54,778 nucleotides of DNA. It comes from Rhizomicrobium sp. GTDB lineage: Bacteria > Pseudomonadota > Alphaproteobacteria > Micropepsales > Micropepsaceae. The notes under the pieces are model-generated. The model was not told the DNA's origin. It did no database searches and saw nothing but the letters and a program-made list of their open reading frames with translations. Position 1 is the first letter of the stretch. Each line of letters begins with the position of its first letter. Shown one piece after another: positions 21,075 through 30,771 of the stretch. The DNA lies in NCBI GenBank assembly GCA_051959625.1, contig JBQCFD010000200.1, positions 1 through 54,778 on the forward strand, in the 5' to 3' direction. A program made the position numbers and the translations under genes.

Positions 21075-21170
21075 CCAAAGCACGAACGCCCCAGAGGGCG
21101 CACCTGCGCTGTCTGGGGGCGATCACCGGCCGGGCCGGTGACCGGAAAGTCCTTAGGGCTTTCCGGAAAG
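21075..21170 (-). ncRNA. Probable ffh leader RNA plus adjacent hairpins
   Basis: Minus strand CCCCCAGACAGCGCAGGTGCGCCCTCTGGGGCG resembles my recollection of the alphaproteobacterial ffh RNA motif. Further hairpins at 21123-21141 and 21142-21166. Confidence 0.6.
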
Positions 21171-21226
21171 CGGGCGGGTTTTAGGCTTGGGCCCGGGCCA
21201 GAGTCAAATGACCCGGGTTCCCTTCG

Positions 21227-23398
21227 TCAATGCGCCGCGGACTTTGGGCCACCTGCACCCGTCAGGCCCAGCTTCTGGCCGAGATAGGTGTAGGACAGCG
21301 CCCAGTATTCCGCCTCTTCCGCATGGGTCGAGCCGGGGCCGTGGCCGCCTTCGGTGGATTCGTAGAACATCACGTCCTGGCCGCCCATCTTCTCCATCTT
21401 GGCCGCCATCATGCGCGCCCAGATGGGCGTGACGCGGTCATCACTCGTCTCGGTGATGAAAAGCACCGGGGGATATTTCACGCCCGGCTTCAGGTTCTCA
21501 TAGGGCGAGTATTTCGCGATGTAAGCCCGCTCTTTCGGAATCGCCGGATCGCCATACTCATCCACCCATGATGCGCCCGCGCCGAACTGGGTGTAGCGCA
21601 GCATGTCGATCAAGGGACGCTGGCAAACCACCGCGCCGAAGAGATCGGGCCGCTGCACCATGGTGGCCGACACGAGCAGGCCGCCGTTCGAGGCGCCGAC
21701 GCTGCCGATCTGTTTCGCCGTCGCGAAGCCGCGATGGATGATGTCTTCCGCCACCGCCTCGAAATCGTCGAAGGCGTGCTGGTGTTTCTCCTTCATCGCC
21801 GCCTGATGCCAGGCCGGGCCGAACTCGCCGCCGCCGCGGATGTTGGCTACGACGATGGCACCGCCTTTGGACAGCCACGGATCGTAAGGCGCGATCGGGC
21901 GATGGCCGTCGTTCCAGTACCAGGGCTCCAGCGACAGCTCGAAGCCGCCATAGGAATAGAGGATCGTCGGCGCCGGGCCCTTCAGGCCTTTCAGGTGAAC
22001 GTAGAAATAGGGAATCCTGGTGCCGTCCGCGGAGGTCGCCCAGAATTGTTCGGAAACGACCTTGCTCGCATCGAAGCGCGCGGGCTCGGACTTGATCTCC
22101 TTCGGATCGCCCTTGCCGTCATAGGCATAGACAGTCGGCGGCTTGAGGAAGCTCTCGAAGCTGAAATAGGCCTCAGGCCCCCAATCGTTGGTCGAGACGA
22201 TATGGGTCGAGCCGCCTTCCGGCAGCTTCAGCGTCGCATCGCTCCATTTTCCATCCGCCGGGCGGAATTCGTGGATCGATCCGATCACATTGTGGAAGAT
22301 CGCGGCATAGACCGCGTCGCGGCCCGGCGAGACATCCTCGATGGTGCTGCGTGAATCCGGGGTGTAGAGCACCTGGTAGGTCGGCAGCATCTTCTGCATC
22401 ACGAAAGGCTTGATCGGGAACGCTACAAGCGAGCCTTGCGGAATTTGCTTTCCGCCCTGCGGCGTCCACGCCTTGCGCAGCGTGAAGATCAGATTGCCCT
22501 GCGTCACGCCCTTGATGTCGGCGTCCAGCGGCAAAGGCAGCTTCATCGTCGAGCCGTCCGGCATGACGTAGAAATATTCGCCGGTGAAGAAGGTGATGCC
22601 GCGCTCGACAAGCGCGATGGTGCCGTAAGGACCGTGGAACACGACCGGTCGCGCGGAGATATCGCTTTCCTGCGCTTCGTAGACCGTCTTGGCCGCGGTG
22701 AGCGGCTCTCCACGATGCCACAGCTTCACAATGCGCGGATAGCTGGACTTGGTGATGGTGCCCGGACCGAAATCGGTGCCGAACAGGATGGTGTCGGCGT
22801 CGACATAGGTGGCATTCGACTTGGCGACCGGCAGTGTGAAGCCATCCGTCAGGAACTTCCGGGCGTTGGGATCGAACTCGCGCACCACCGAAGCGTCGGT
22901 GCCGCCGGGCGACAGCCTGACGAGGCAGCGCTTGAACCCCGGCGCGCAATCCGCGCCCTGCCATACCCACGGCTTGCCTTCGGTCTTGTCGAGCTGGTCG
23001 ACGTCGAGCAGCACGGTCCAGTTCGGATTGGGGTTCGCATAGTCGGCGATGGTGGTCTTGCGCCACAGGCCGCGCGTGTGCTGCGCGTCCTGCCAGAAAT
23101 TGAACACGTCGCCGTGATCGAGATTGCCGAAGGCGATGCGGTCGTCGGCGTTGAGGATCTTCAGCAGGGAATTGTAGTCGGCCTGGTAGTTCGGGTCGGA
23201 TTTCAGGACAGCGAGAGTCTTGTCGGTCTGCTCCTTCGCCCAAGCCACGGCCTTGGCGCCATGGATGTCGGCGAGCCAGAGATTGGGATCGGTATCGGCG
23301 ACCTTGTGCTTCCTCACGCTGTCCGCCCCCATGGCCGTCCAACCACCGGCGATGGCGCCGGCCAGCATCACACCCAAAATAATCCTGCCGAATTGCAT
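21227..23398 (-). CDS. Prolyl oligopeptidase family (S9A) serine peptidase, secreted
   Basis: Signal peptide; ANIRGGGEFG, GASNGGLL (catalytic Ser), DDRV and GGHG. Confidence 0.92.
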   Translation of the reverse strand: MQFGRIILGVMLAGAIAGGWTAMGADSVRKHKVADTDPNLWLADIHGAKAVAWAKEQTDKTLAVLKSDPNYQADYNSLLKILNADDRIAFGNLDHGDVFNFWQDAQHTRGLWRKTTIADYANPNPNWTVLLDVDQLDKTEGKPWVWQGADCAPGFKRCLVRLSPGGTDASVVREFDPNARKFLTDGFTLPVAKSNATYVDADTILFGTDFGPGTITKSSYPRIVKLWHRGEPLTAAKTVYEAQESDISARPVVFHGPYGTIALVERGITFFTGEYFYVMPDGSTMKLPLPLDADIKGVTQGNLIFTLRKAWTPQGGKQIPQGSLVAFPIKPFVMQKMLPTYQVLYTPDSRSTIEDVSPGRDAVYAAIFHNVIGSIHEFRPADGKWSDATLKLPEGGSTHIVSTNDWGPEAYFSFESFLKPPTVYAYDGKGDPKEIKSEPARFDASKVVSEQFWATSADGTRIPYFYVHLKGLKGPAPTILYSYGGFELSLEPWYWNDGHRPIAPYDPWLSKGGAIVVANIRGGGEFGPAWHQAAMKEKHQHAFDDFEAVAEDIIHRGFATAKQIGSVGASNGGLLVSATMVQRPDLFGAVVCQRPLIDMLRYTQFGAGASWVDEYGDPAIPKERAYIAKYSPYENLKPGVKYPPVLFITETSDDRVTPIWARMMAAKMEKMGGQDVMFYESTEGGHGPGSTHAEEAEYWALSYTYLGQKLGLTGAGGPKSAAH

Positions 23399-23507
23399 CT
23401 TGCGGAACTCCGCTCTTTGCGTTCTGCGAGGGGCGTTTTTTTGGAAATTTGGGCAGTCCAGTCAACCCACTGGCCCCCGCCGCGGCCAGCGCCTATATAC
23501 CGCCCAA

Positions 23508-24347
23508 ATGACGGCTTTCCTGAAAATGCACGGCCTGGGCAACGATTTCGCGATATTCGACGCGCGGAATCAAAAGGTTGCCCTCGATGCTGCGGCTGCG
23601 CGCGCGGTTGCGGACCGGCGTTTCGGCGTGGGCTGCGATCAGGTGATCGTGATTGAGCCTGCGGCGAATGGCGCGGATGCCTTCATGCGGGTCTACAATT
23701 CCGACGGCAGCGAAGTCGAGAGTTGCGGCAATGCCGCGCGCTGCGTGGCGCGTCTTCTGATGGACGAAAAAAGCGCCGGCGAGGTCACGCTCGACAGCAG
23801 GGGCGGATCGCTGGCGTGCGTGGGCCACGGCGATCTCGTCACGATCGACGTGGGCGTGCCGAAATTCGGCTGGCGCGAGATTCCCATGGCGCGCGAAACC
23901 GACACGCTGTCGTTTCCCATCGACGTTGAGGGCAGCGACTTCTATCCGTTGACGATCGCGAGCGCCGCGAATGTGGGCAATCCGCATGTCGTCCTCTTCG
24001 TGCAGGACGCCGAGCATGCGCCTGTGGCCGAGCTCGGCCCGAAGATCGAACACCATCCGCTCTTCCCCGAACGCGCCAATGTCGAATTCGTCTCCCTCAT
24101 CGACAAAGACAGGTTGCGCATGCGCGTTTGGGAACGCGGCGCCGGAATCACCATGGCTTGCGGCACGGGCGCATGCGCGTCCATGGCCGCCGCGCAGCGG
24201 CGCGGCCTCGTCGGACGCAAAGCCGATGTCGTCCTGGACGGCGGAACGCTGACGCTGGAATGGGAAGGCGAAGGCAAGCCGCTCTTCATGACCGGCCCTT
24301 GCGCGCTGTCTTATCGCGGCGATGTCGATCTCAAGGTCTTCGCATGA
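23508..24347 (+). CDS. dapF: Diaminopimelate epimerase
   Basis: KMHGLGNDF, CGNAARC, GNPH and WERGAGITMACGTGA. Confidence 0.96.
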   Translation: MTAFLKMHGLGNDFAIFDARNQKVALDAAAARAVADRRFGVGCDQVIVIEPAANGADAFMRVYNSDGSEVESCGNAARCVARLLMDEKSAGEVTLDSRGGSLACVGHGDLVTIDVGVPKFGWREIPMARETDTLSFPIDVEGSDFYPLTIASAANVGNPHVVLFVQDAEHAPVAELGPKIEHHPLFPERANVEFVSLIDKDRLRMRVWERGAGITMACGTGACASMAAAQRRGLVGRKADVVLDGGTLTLEWEGEGKPLFMTGPCALSYRGDVDLKVFA

Positions 24348-25579
24348 CCGAAGTGGTGACCTTCGGCTGCCGGCTCAATGCCTATGAAAGCGAAGCCATC
24401 CGCGCGCGCGCCGGCGAAGCGGGGCTTGCCAACGCCATCGTCTTCAACACCTGCGCGGTGACGGCCGAAGCCGTGCGCCAGTCGCGCCAGGCGATCCGCA
24501 AGGCACGCCGCGAGAACCCGGCTGCGAAGATCATCGTGACCGGCTGCGCGGCGCAGACCGAGCCCGATAGCTATGCGCAAATGCGCGAAGTCGATCTGGT
24601 GCTCGGCAATGCCGAGAAACTCGACGCGAAGAACTACTTCATCAACGAGCGCGTGCGCGTGAACGACATCATGAGCGTGCGCGAAACCGCGTCCCAGATG
24701 ATCGACAGTTTCGACGGTCGGGCGCGGGCGTTTCTGCAGGTGCAGAACGGCTGCGATCATCGCTGCACGTTCTGCATCATTCCCTATGGGCGGGGAAATT
24801 CGCGCAGCGTGGGCATGGGCGAAGTGGTGGCCGAGGCGCGGCGGCTCGCGGAAGCCGGCTTTGCCGAGATCGTCCTGACGGGGGTGGACCTCACCTCCTA
24901 TGGCCATGACCTGCCGGGCGCTCCCAGCCTGGGCGCGCTGGTGCGCAAGATCCTGACGCTGGTGCCGGAACTGAAGCGGTTGCGGCTGTCCTCCATCGAC
25001 TCCATCGAGGCCGATGACGACCTGATGCGCGCGATTGCAGAGGAGGAGCGGCTGATGCCGCACTTCCACCTCTCCGCGCAATCGGGCGACGATATGATCC
25101 TCAAACGCATGAAACGCCGCCATTCCCGCGCCGACACGATCGGGTTCTGCGACGAAGTTCGCCGCCGCAGGCCCGATGCCGCGTTCGGCGCCGATCTCAT
25201 TGCCGGCTTCCCGACCGAAACCGACGAGATGTTCGAGAACACAAGCGCGCTGATCGGCGACGCGGGGCTTTCCTATCTCCACGTCTTCCCGTTCAGTGCG
25301 CGCAAGGGCACGCCCGCAGCCCGCATGCCGCAAGTGGCGCGGCCCCTCGTCAAAGAGCGCGCGGCCCGGCTTCGCGCCAGAGGCGATGCGGCCCTGGCGG
25401 CGCGGATGGCTGCGCTTGTCGGCAGCGAGCAGGAAATCCTGGTCGAGAAACCCGGCATGGGCCGCACGCGCTGTTTCGCCCAGGCGCGGGTTGAGAGCAC
25501 TGCGACGGCCGGGCATGTGGTTCGCGCGCGCGTGACGGGGTCCACGCCCACGCATCTGATCGCAGAACCGGTCCAATGA
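24344..25579 (+). CDS. mtaB: tRNA t6A37 methylthiotransferase
   Basis: TFGCRLNAYESE, NTCAVT and the radical SAM motif CDHRCTFC. Confidence 0.95.
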   Translation: MTEVVTFGCRLNAYESEAIRARAGEAGLANAIVFNTCAVTAEAVRQSRQAIRKARRENPAAKIIVTGCAAQTEPDSYAQMREVDLVLGNAEKLDAKNYFINERVRVNDIMSVRETASQMIDSFDGRARAFLQVQNGCDHRCTFCIIPYGRGNSRSVGMGEVVAEARRLAEAGFAEIVLTGVDLTSYGHDLPGAPSLGALVRKILTLVPELKRLRLSSIDSIEADDDLMRAIAEEERLMPHFHLSAQSGDDMILKRMKRRHSRADTIGFCDEVRRRRPDAAFGADLIAGFPTETDEMFENTSALIGDAGLSYLHVFPFSARKGTPAARMPQVARPLVKERAARLRARGDAALAARMAALVGSEQEILVEKPGMGRTRCFAQARVESTATAGHVVRARVTGSTPTHLIAEPVQ

Positions 25580-26520
25580 GAGATTTCGGCGAAGCTCCGC
25601 CGCCGGAGACGTTTCTCGAGCGGCTGAAATCGGGCCTGTCCCGCAGCACCGCGGGACTTTCGGACAGCCTCACCGGAGTCTTTACCAAGCGGAAGCTCGA
25701 CAAGGAGACCATCGCGGAATTCGAGGAAGCCCTCATCCGCGCCGATCTCGGTGCCGGCTTTGCGTCGAAAATGGCGGGCGAAGTCGCGAACGGCCGGCAC
25801 GATGCGCTGATCTCCACCAAGGAAGTGCGCGATCTGCTTTCCACCGAGATCGGCAAGGTGCTGAAGGCTGTCGAGAAGCCGCTTGCCATCGACAAGGACA
25901 AGAAGCCCTACGTCATCCTCGTGGCGGGCGTGAACGGCACAGGCAAGACCACGACCATCGGCAAGATCGCTAAGCGGCTGACCGGCGAAGGACACAAGGT
26001 GCTACTGGCCGCAGGCGACACATTCCGCGCCGCGGCGATCGAGCAGCTTCAGGTCTGGGGGCAGCGCACCAATTCGCAGGTCGTGTCGCGGCCAGCAGGC
26101 AGCGATGCGGCGGGGCTTGCCTTCGATGCAGTGCAACAAGCCCGCGATAGCGGCGCCGATGTCGTCGTCATCGACACCGCGGGGCGTCTGCAGAACAAAG
26201 CGGGGCTGATGGGCGAATTGGAGAAGATCGTCCGCGTGATCCGCAAGCTCGACGCGAGCGCGCCGCACGCCACGCTTCTGGTGCTGGACGCCACGACCGG
26301 GCAGAACGCGCTTTCGCAGGTGGAAGCGTTCAAGGCGGCCGTGCCGCTGACGGGTCTTGTGATGACCAAGCTGGACGGCACGGCAAAGGGCGGCATTCTC
26401 GTGGCGCTTGCCGAGAAATTCGGATTGCCGGTGCATTTCATCGGCGTGGGCGAAGCCGCGTCCGATCTGCAACCCTTTGATGCGCAAGCCTTCGCGGCGG
26501 CACTGACAGGCAACGCATGA
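25576..26520 (+). CDS. ftsY: SRP receptor FtsY
   Basis: GVNGTGKTTT, DTFRAAA, DTAGRLQ and TKLDGTAKGG. Confidence 0.96.
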   Translation: MRDFGEAPPPETFLERLKSGLSRSTAGLSDSLTGVFTKRKLDKETIAEFEEALIRADLGAGFASKMAGEVANGRHDALISTKEVRDLLSTEIGKVLKAVEKPLAIDKDKKPYVILVAGVNGTGKTTTIGKIAKRLTGEGHKVLLAAGDTFRAAAIEQLQVWGQRTNSQVVSRPAGSDAAGLAFDAVQQARDSGADVVVIDTAGRLQNKAGLMGELEKIVRVIRKLDASAPHATLLVLDATTGQNALSQVEAFKAAVPLTGLVMTKLDGTAKGGILVALAEKFGLPVHFIGVGEAASDLQPFDAQAFAAALTGNA

Positions 26521-27092
26521 GCGAAGTTCCAAAAAACAAGCAGTCGCCGCTCCTGAAGCTCGTTCTCGATCTCGGCCCTCTGATCCTGTTTTTCGCCGCC
26601 TTCAAATTCGGCGGGATCTTCACGGCCACGGCGGTGTTCATGGCGGGCACCATCGCCGCGCTCGCCATCGGCTATGCCATCACGCGGAAAATTTCCCCGA
26701 TGCCGTTGGTGACCGCGATCATTGTCCTCATCTTCGGAGGCCTCACGCTCTATCTGAAGAACGACACTTTCATCAAAATGAAGCCGACGGTCCTCTACGC
26801 GATCTTCGGCGCGGTGCTTCTCGGCGGGCTCGCCTTCAATCGCCTTTTCATCAAGGCGGTGTTCGCGCAAGCCTTCGAGCTCGATGAAACCGGATGGCGC
26901 AAGCTCACCTGGCGTTGGGGAATTTTCGCATTCGCGCTGGCCGCGCTGAACGAAGTCGTCTGGCGCAGTTTCTCGACCGCGATCTGGGTCGACTTCAAGG
27001 TGTGGTGCATCATCCCGATCGTTCTGCTGTTCGGGCTGGCGCAGACGCCGCTCGTCACCAAGCATCAGATCGAAGACAAAAGTGGCGCTTAG
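26517..27092 (+). CDS. yciB: Inner-membrane protein YciB (septation protein A / IspZ)
   Basis: LDLGPLILFF, FIKMKPT, NEVVWR and WVDFKV. Confidence 0.93.
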   Translation: MSEVPKNKQSPLLKLVLDLGPLILFFAAFKFGGIFTATAVFMAGTIAALAIGYAITRKISPMPLVTAIIVLIFGGLTLYLKNDTFIKMKPTVLYAIFGAVLLGGLAFNRLFIKAVFAQAFELDETGWRKLTWRWGIFAFALAALNEVVWRSFSTAIWVDFKVWCIIPIVLLFGLAQTPLVTKHQIEDKSGA

Positions 27093-27637
27093 GCCGGCTG
27101 CCAGACGGGGTTCGTGAAAGGGCTAAACCCTTTCATGTCCTTGCTTTCTTTCCAGTGGTCCAGCGCCCATTTCACGCTGGGAAAGGCAAGCTCCGTCCAC
27201 GGGATGTCCTCCCATGCGAACAGCTTGACCTCGAGGCTTTCCGGCCCGGGCGAATAGCCGTCCTTCGCGAGGCCGGCGCGATACATCAGATGCACCTGAC
27301 TGATGTGCGGCACCGAATAGACGGCGAGCAACATGTCGATCGAAATTTCCGCGCACGCTTCTTCGCGTGCTTCTCTCGCGGCGCCTTCGTGCGGCGTCTC
27401 ATGCTCTTCGAGAAAGCCGGCGGGCAGCGTCCAGAAATTCCGCCGCGGTTCGATGGCGCGGCGGCACAACAGAATGTGATCGTTGTGCGCGACCACGGAG
27501 CCGACGACGATCTTGGGATTTGCGTAGTGAATGTATTCGCATTTCGCGCAGACATGACGCTCATGCGTGTCGCCTTCGGGAACGCGGCGGACAAAATTCG
27601 GTCCCGGTGACGGCGCAAATCTGTTTCGTTCTGGCAT
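27089..27637 (-). CDS. NUDIX hydrolase with an N-terminal CxxC
   Basis: CAKC.YIHY.NPK and LCRRAIEPR..WTLPAGFLE..ET..EGAAREAREE. Confidence 0.9.
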   Translation of the reverse strand: MPERNRFAPSPGPNFVRRVPEGDTHERHVCAKCEYIHYANPKIVVGSVVAHNDHILLCRRAIEPRRNFWTLPAGFLEEHETPHEGAAREAREEACAEISIDMLLAVYSVPHISQVHLMYRAGLAKDGYSPGPESLEVKLFAWEDIPWTELAFPSVKWALDHWKESKDMKGFSPFTNPVWQPA

Positions 27638-27881
27638 CGCATTCTCGTTTCCGGCGAAGTGCCGCACATGGCAAGAAAAAAATATTTGCACCTTCTGTGA
27701 CCGTTTGCGATACGAAGCTGTTGTCGCCGCGCGCGCATGTGTCTAATGTTGTTCCTCCGCGAGGGGACCCGCGGCAAATATCAGCCCGGCGTTCCTTCCG
27801 GGCTCGTGTCACAAAAAGAAGAATTGTGCGGATCGTTTTTCCGCCGCGCGGTATGTCTTGGATTTTTTTTGGGGTGGCGCA

Positions 27882-28394
27882 ATGACTTCGAAGGTGCAGC
27901 GCAAGGCGAATGGCGGCTTTGAGCTCGGAGATGCACCTTCCTACCTGATGCGGCGCTGCCAGCAATTATACGGCGATCTCTACGCGCGCGAGACCAACGG
28001 AAGCGAGCTCACGCGCCAGCAATTCATGGTGCTGGCGGCGCTCGAGCACAATGACGGCGTCAGCCAGACAGCCCTTGTCGAGATGACGAACATCGACCGC
28101 TCGACCTTGGCGGAGATGGTGCGCCGGATGCTGGAGCGTGGCCTGCTTTCCCGCGAGCGCACCGAAGAGGATGCCCGCGCAAATGCGGTGGCCATCACCC
28201 AACTCGGCCGCAAGGCGCTTAAATCCGCGCGCGCGGCATCGGATCGCGCCGAACGCGCATTGCTCGAGGCGCTTCCGGCCGCGGAACGCGGACGGTTCGT
28301 AAAATCGCTGGCGATCATTGCGTCAGCCGGGGCCATGCTGACCAACGGCGCGGACAAGCCGCGGCGCAAACTCATCCGCCGCCCGCGTCCCTGA
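27882..28394 (+). CDS. MarR-family regulator
   Basis: LTRQQFMVL, SQTALV...IDRSTLAEMVRRM and DARA. Confidence 0.92.
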   Translation: MTSKVQRKANGGFELGDAPSYLMRRCQQLYGDLYARETNGSELTRQQFMVLAALEHNDGVSQTALVEMTNIDRSTLAEMVRRMLERGLLSRERTEEDARANAVAITQLGRKALKSARAASDRAERALLEALPAAERGRFVKSLAIIASAGAMLTNGADKPRRKLIRRPRP

Positions 28395-28404
28395 CACACT
28401 ACAT

Positions 28405-28608
28405 CTAGACCCGGATATCGAGTGTCGATCCCGGACGTGCCGGAACTGCCACCGGTGCCGCCGGCTTGGACGCTTGCACAGGCGCAGCTTCGGCTTTTCC
28501 GAACAGAGGCTCGAAAAGATCATCGGACGGCTTTGCCGCTGGCCGCGCGGGTGCGGACGGCGTGCGTGCTTGCTGCGCTGCGAGAAGACTGGCGGCGTTG
28601 ATCTGCAT
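28405..28608 (-). CDS. Small Ala/Pro-rich hypothetical protein (67 aa)
   Basis: MQINAASLLAAQQAR...RPGSTLDIRV fills the gap between dsbE and marR. Confidence 0.6.
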   Translation of the reverse strand: MQINAASLLAAQQARTPSAPARPAAKPSDDLFEPLFGKAEAAPVQASKPAAPVAVPARPGSTLDIRV

Positions 28609-28642
28609 CCGGCCAGCCTCGCAAATTATGGTTTGAAAAGCC

Positions 28643-29194
28643 TTAAGACGGTTCCTGGGCGCGGGCGATGGCGGGCAGGATGGTCGACTGCAACGTATCC
28701 GCCGTAAGCGGCCCGGCGTAGCGCAGACGCACAATGCCGTGGCCGTCGACCACGAATGTTTCCGGCACGCCATAGACGCCCCAGTCGATGCTGGCATGCC
28801 CGTCCGCATCAAGGTCGATGCGGCTATAGGGATTGCCGAGGTCGTTGAGGAAAGCCCTTGCCTTGGAGGGCGTGTCCTTCTGCACCATGCCGTAGAGCGC
28901 GACACCTTTGAGCGCCGAAAGCGCCCGCAGCGCAGGCGCCTCCTCTCGGCAGGGCGCGCACCAGGACGCGAAGACGTTCACGACCGACACATGCCCAGCG
29001 CGCAGATCGGCGGTGGAGAACGCCTTCGCCTGAGCGTCAAGCGGCGGCAGCGACATCCTGGGCGCCGGTTGACCGATCAGCATGGACGGCAACACGTCGG
29101 GCGCGGTGTGGGTGCGCTCCACGAGGCCCGCGAACAGAAATGCCGCGATGGCCACGAATGCCAGGACCGGGACGATATATATCAGCCGCTTCAT
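28643..29194 (-). CDS. dsbE: Thiol:disulfide interchange protein CcmG/DsbE
   Basis: NVFASWCAPC and GVYGVPETF; lies in the ccm operon. Confidence 0.93.
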   Translation of the reverse strand: MKRLIYIVPVLAFVAIAAFLFAGLVERTHTAPDVLPSMLIGQPAPRMSLPPLDAQAKAFSTADLRAGHVSVVNVFASWCAPCREEAPALRALSALKGVALYGMVQKDTPSKARAFLNDLGNPYSRIDLDADGHASIDWGVYGVPETFVVDGHGIVRLRYAGPLTADTLQSTILPAIARAQEPS

Positions 29195-29343
29195 GTGCCG
29201 CGCTCGATGGCCGCGAGGCGCCGCTTCGCGCGCATATAGGCCGACAGCGTGAATCCCGCCATAAGGCCAAGGCCGATGAGGCTCAGGCCGTAGGCCGGCC
29301 AGACATAGGCTGCGTATTTTCCCATGGCGAAGAAGGCTTCCAT
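29191..29343 (-). CDS. ccmD: Heme exporter protein D
   Basis: MGKYAAYVWPAYG; located between ccmC and dsbE. Confidence 0.88.
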   Translation of the reverse strand: MEAFFAMGKYAAYVWPAYGLSLIGLGLMAGFTLSAYMRAKRRLAAIERGT

Positions 29344-30062
29344 CACGCTGCTCCCAAGAGGAGCGCGCGCGCGCGCCGCTCCAGGATCTCGGTGCGGATG
29401 CGGATCATCCAGAGCGCGAAGAACAGCGTGGTGTAGCCCAGGGCCATCAGGCCGAGCGGCCACAGGAACACGCCCGCGATCAGCGGGCCGCCGCTGCGGA
29501 TGATGCTTTCTCCCTGATGCAGGGTGTTCCACCAGTCGACCGAGAATTCGATGATGGGAAGGTTCACGACACCGACGAGCGCGAGAATGGCGGCGGCGCG
29601 GGCGGCTCTCGTTTCGTCCTCGATCGCGTTCCAGAGAGCGATGTAGCCGAGATAGAGAAAGAGCAGCAGCAGGAACGATGTGAGCCGTGCGTCCCACACC
29701 CAATAAGCGCCCCACATCGGTTTGCCCCAAAGCGACCCGGTGATGAGCGCCAGGGCGGTGAAGACGGCGCCCAGCGGCGCCGCTGTCTTGGCCGCCACAT
29801 CGGCAAGCGGATGGCGGTTCACAAGACCCAGCAGGGAGGCCAGCGCCATCAGGCCGTAGCACATCATCGCGACCCAGGCGGCGGGGACATGGATGAACAT
29901 GATCTTCACCGTCTCTCCCTGCTGGTAGTCCGGCGGCGCGGCGAAGCCGAGATAAAGGCCGGCAAGCAGGGACGCGATGCAGACAATACCGAGCCACGGC
30001 AGCAACGCGCCGCTCAAGCTCATGAACCGCTTGGGATTGGCGAATTCGAAGATCGAAGCCAT
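29343..30062 (-). CDS. ccmC: Heme exporter protein C
   Basis: HVPAAW, WGKPMWG.YWVWDARLT and WNTLHQ. Confidence 0.96.
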   Translation of the reverse strand: MASIFEFANPKRFMSLSGALLPWLGIVCIASLLAGLYLGFAAPPDYQQGETVKIMFIHVPAAWVAMMCYGLMALASLLGLVNRHPLADVAAKTAAPLGAVFTALALITGSLWGKPMWGAYWVWDARLTSFLLLLFLYLGYIALWNAIEDETRAARAAAILALVGVVNLPIIEFSVDWWNTLHQGESIIRSGGPLIAGVFLWPLGLMALGYTTLFFALWMIRIRTEILERRARALLLGAA

Positions 30063-30105
30063 GGCGCCGTCTAGTCCTTCGCCCGCGGGTCAACAAGCAT
30101 CGCCG

Positions 30106-30771
30106 TCAACCTGCGAGATTGAGCCGCACGGCGGCGGCGGCGGCAAAGGGGGCGAGAACCACAGCCACAAGGGAAAACGCGCCGAGCAGCCAGAACGCCC
30201 CGTTCGACAATCCGTCCAGTGCCCCCAGCACCGCGCCCGCGCCAAAGATGACGGCCGGTGCCAGGAGCGGCAGGACGATAAAGGGCAGGATCAGGCCGCC
30301 GCGGCGGATGGAGAGCGTGAGCGCAGCGCCGATGCCGCCGATCGCGGAGACGGCCGGCGTTCCGATGGCGAGTGAGGCCATCAGCGGCAAATAACCTTCC
30401 CCCGGCAATCCGAACAACACGCCGAGCAGGGGCGAAAGCACCGTCAGGGGCAGTCCCGTGACGAGCCAATGCGCAAACAGTTTCGCGAAGGACATCGACT
30501 CCAGCGACAGCGGCGACAGCGCGATGATATCGAGCGAGCCGTCTTCGAAATCGGACTGGAAGAGACGATCCAGTGACAGCAAGGCCGCGAGAACGGCCGC
30601 TATCCAGAGCACGCCGCCGGCAATGCGGGAGAGAAGACGCAGATCGCTGCCGACGCCGAGCGGTACCAATGTCGCCACCGCAGCGAAGAAGGCCAGCGCC
30701 AGGGCCGCGCTTCCGCCTGCGCGGGTGGCAAGCCGCATGTCGCGGAAAAGAATGGCGGAGAACGGGCTCAT
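30106..30771 (-). CDS. ccmB: Heme exporter protein B
   Basis: LLSLDRLFQSDFEDGSLD and AHWLVTGLPL. Confidence 0.94.
   Translation of the reverse strand: MSPFSAILFRDMRLATRAGGSAALALAFFAAVATLVPLGVGSDLRLLSRIAGGVLWIAAVLAALLSLDRLFQSDFEDGSLDIIALSPLSLESMSFAKLFAHWLVTGLPLTVLSPLLGVLFGLPGEGYLPLMASLAIGTPAVSAIGGIGAALTLSIRRGGLILPFIVLPLLAPAVIFGAGAVLGALDGLSNGAFWLLGAFSLVAVVLAPFAAAAAVRLNLAG

Noticed and set aside
29191-30096. 301-aa ORF overlapping ccmC
   Set aside because: Only the last 50 codons (ccmD) look like a real protein.
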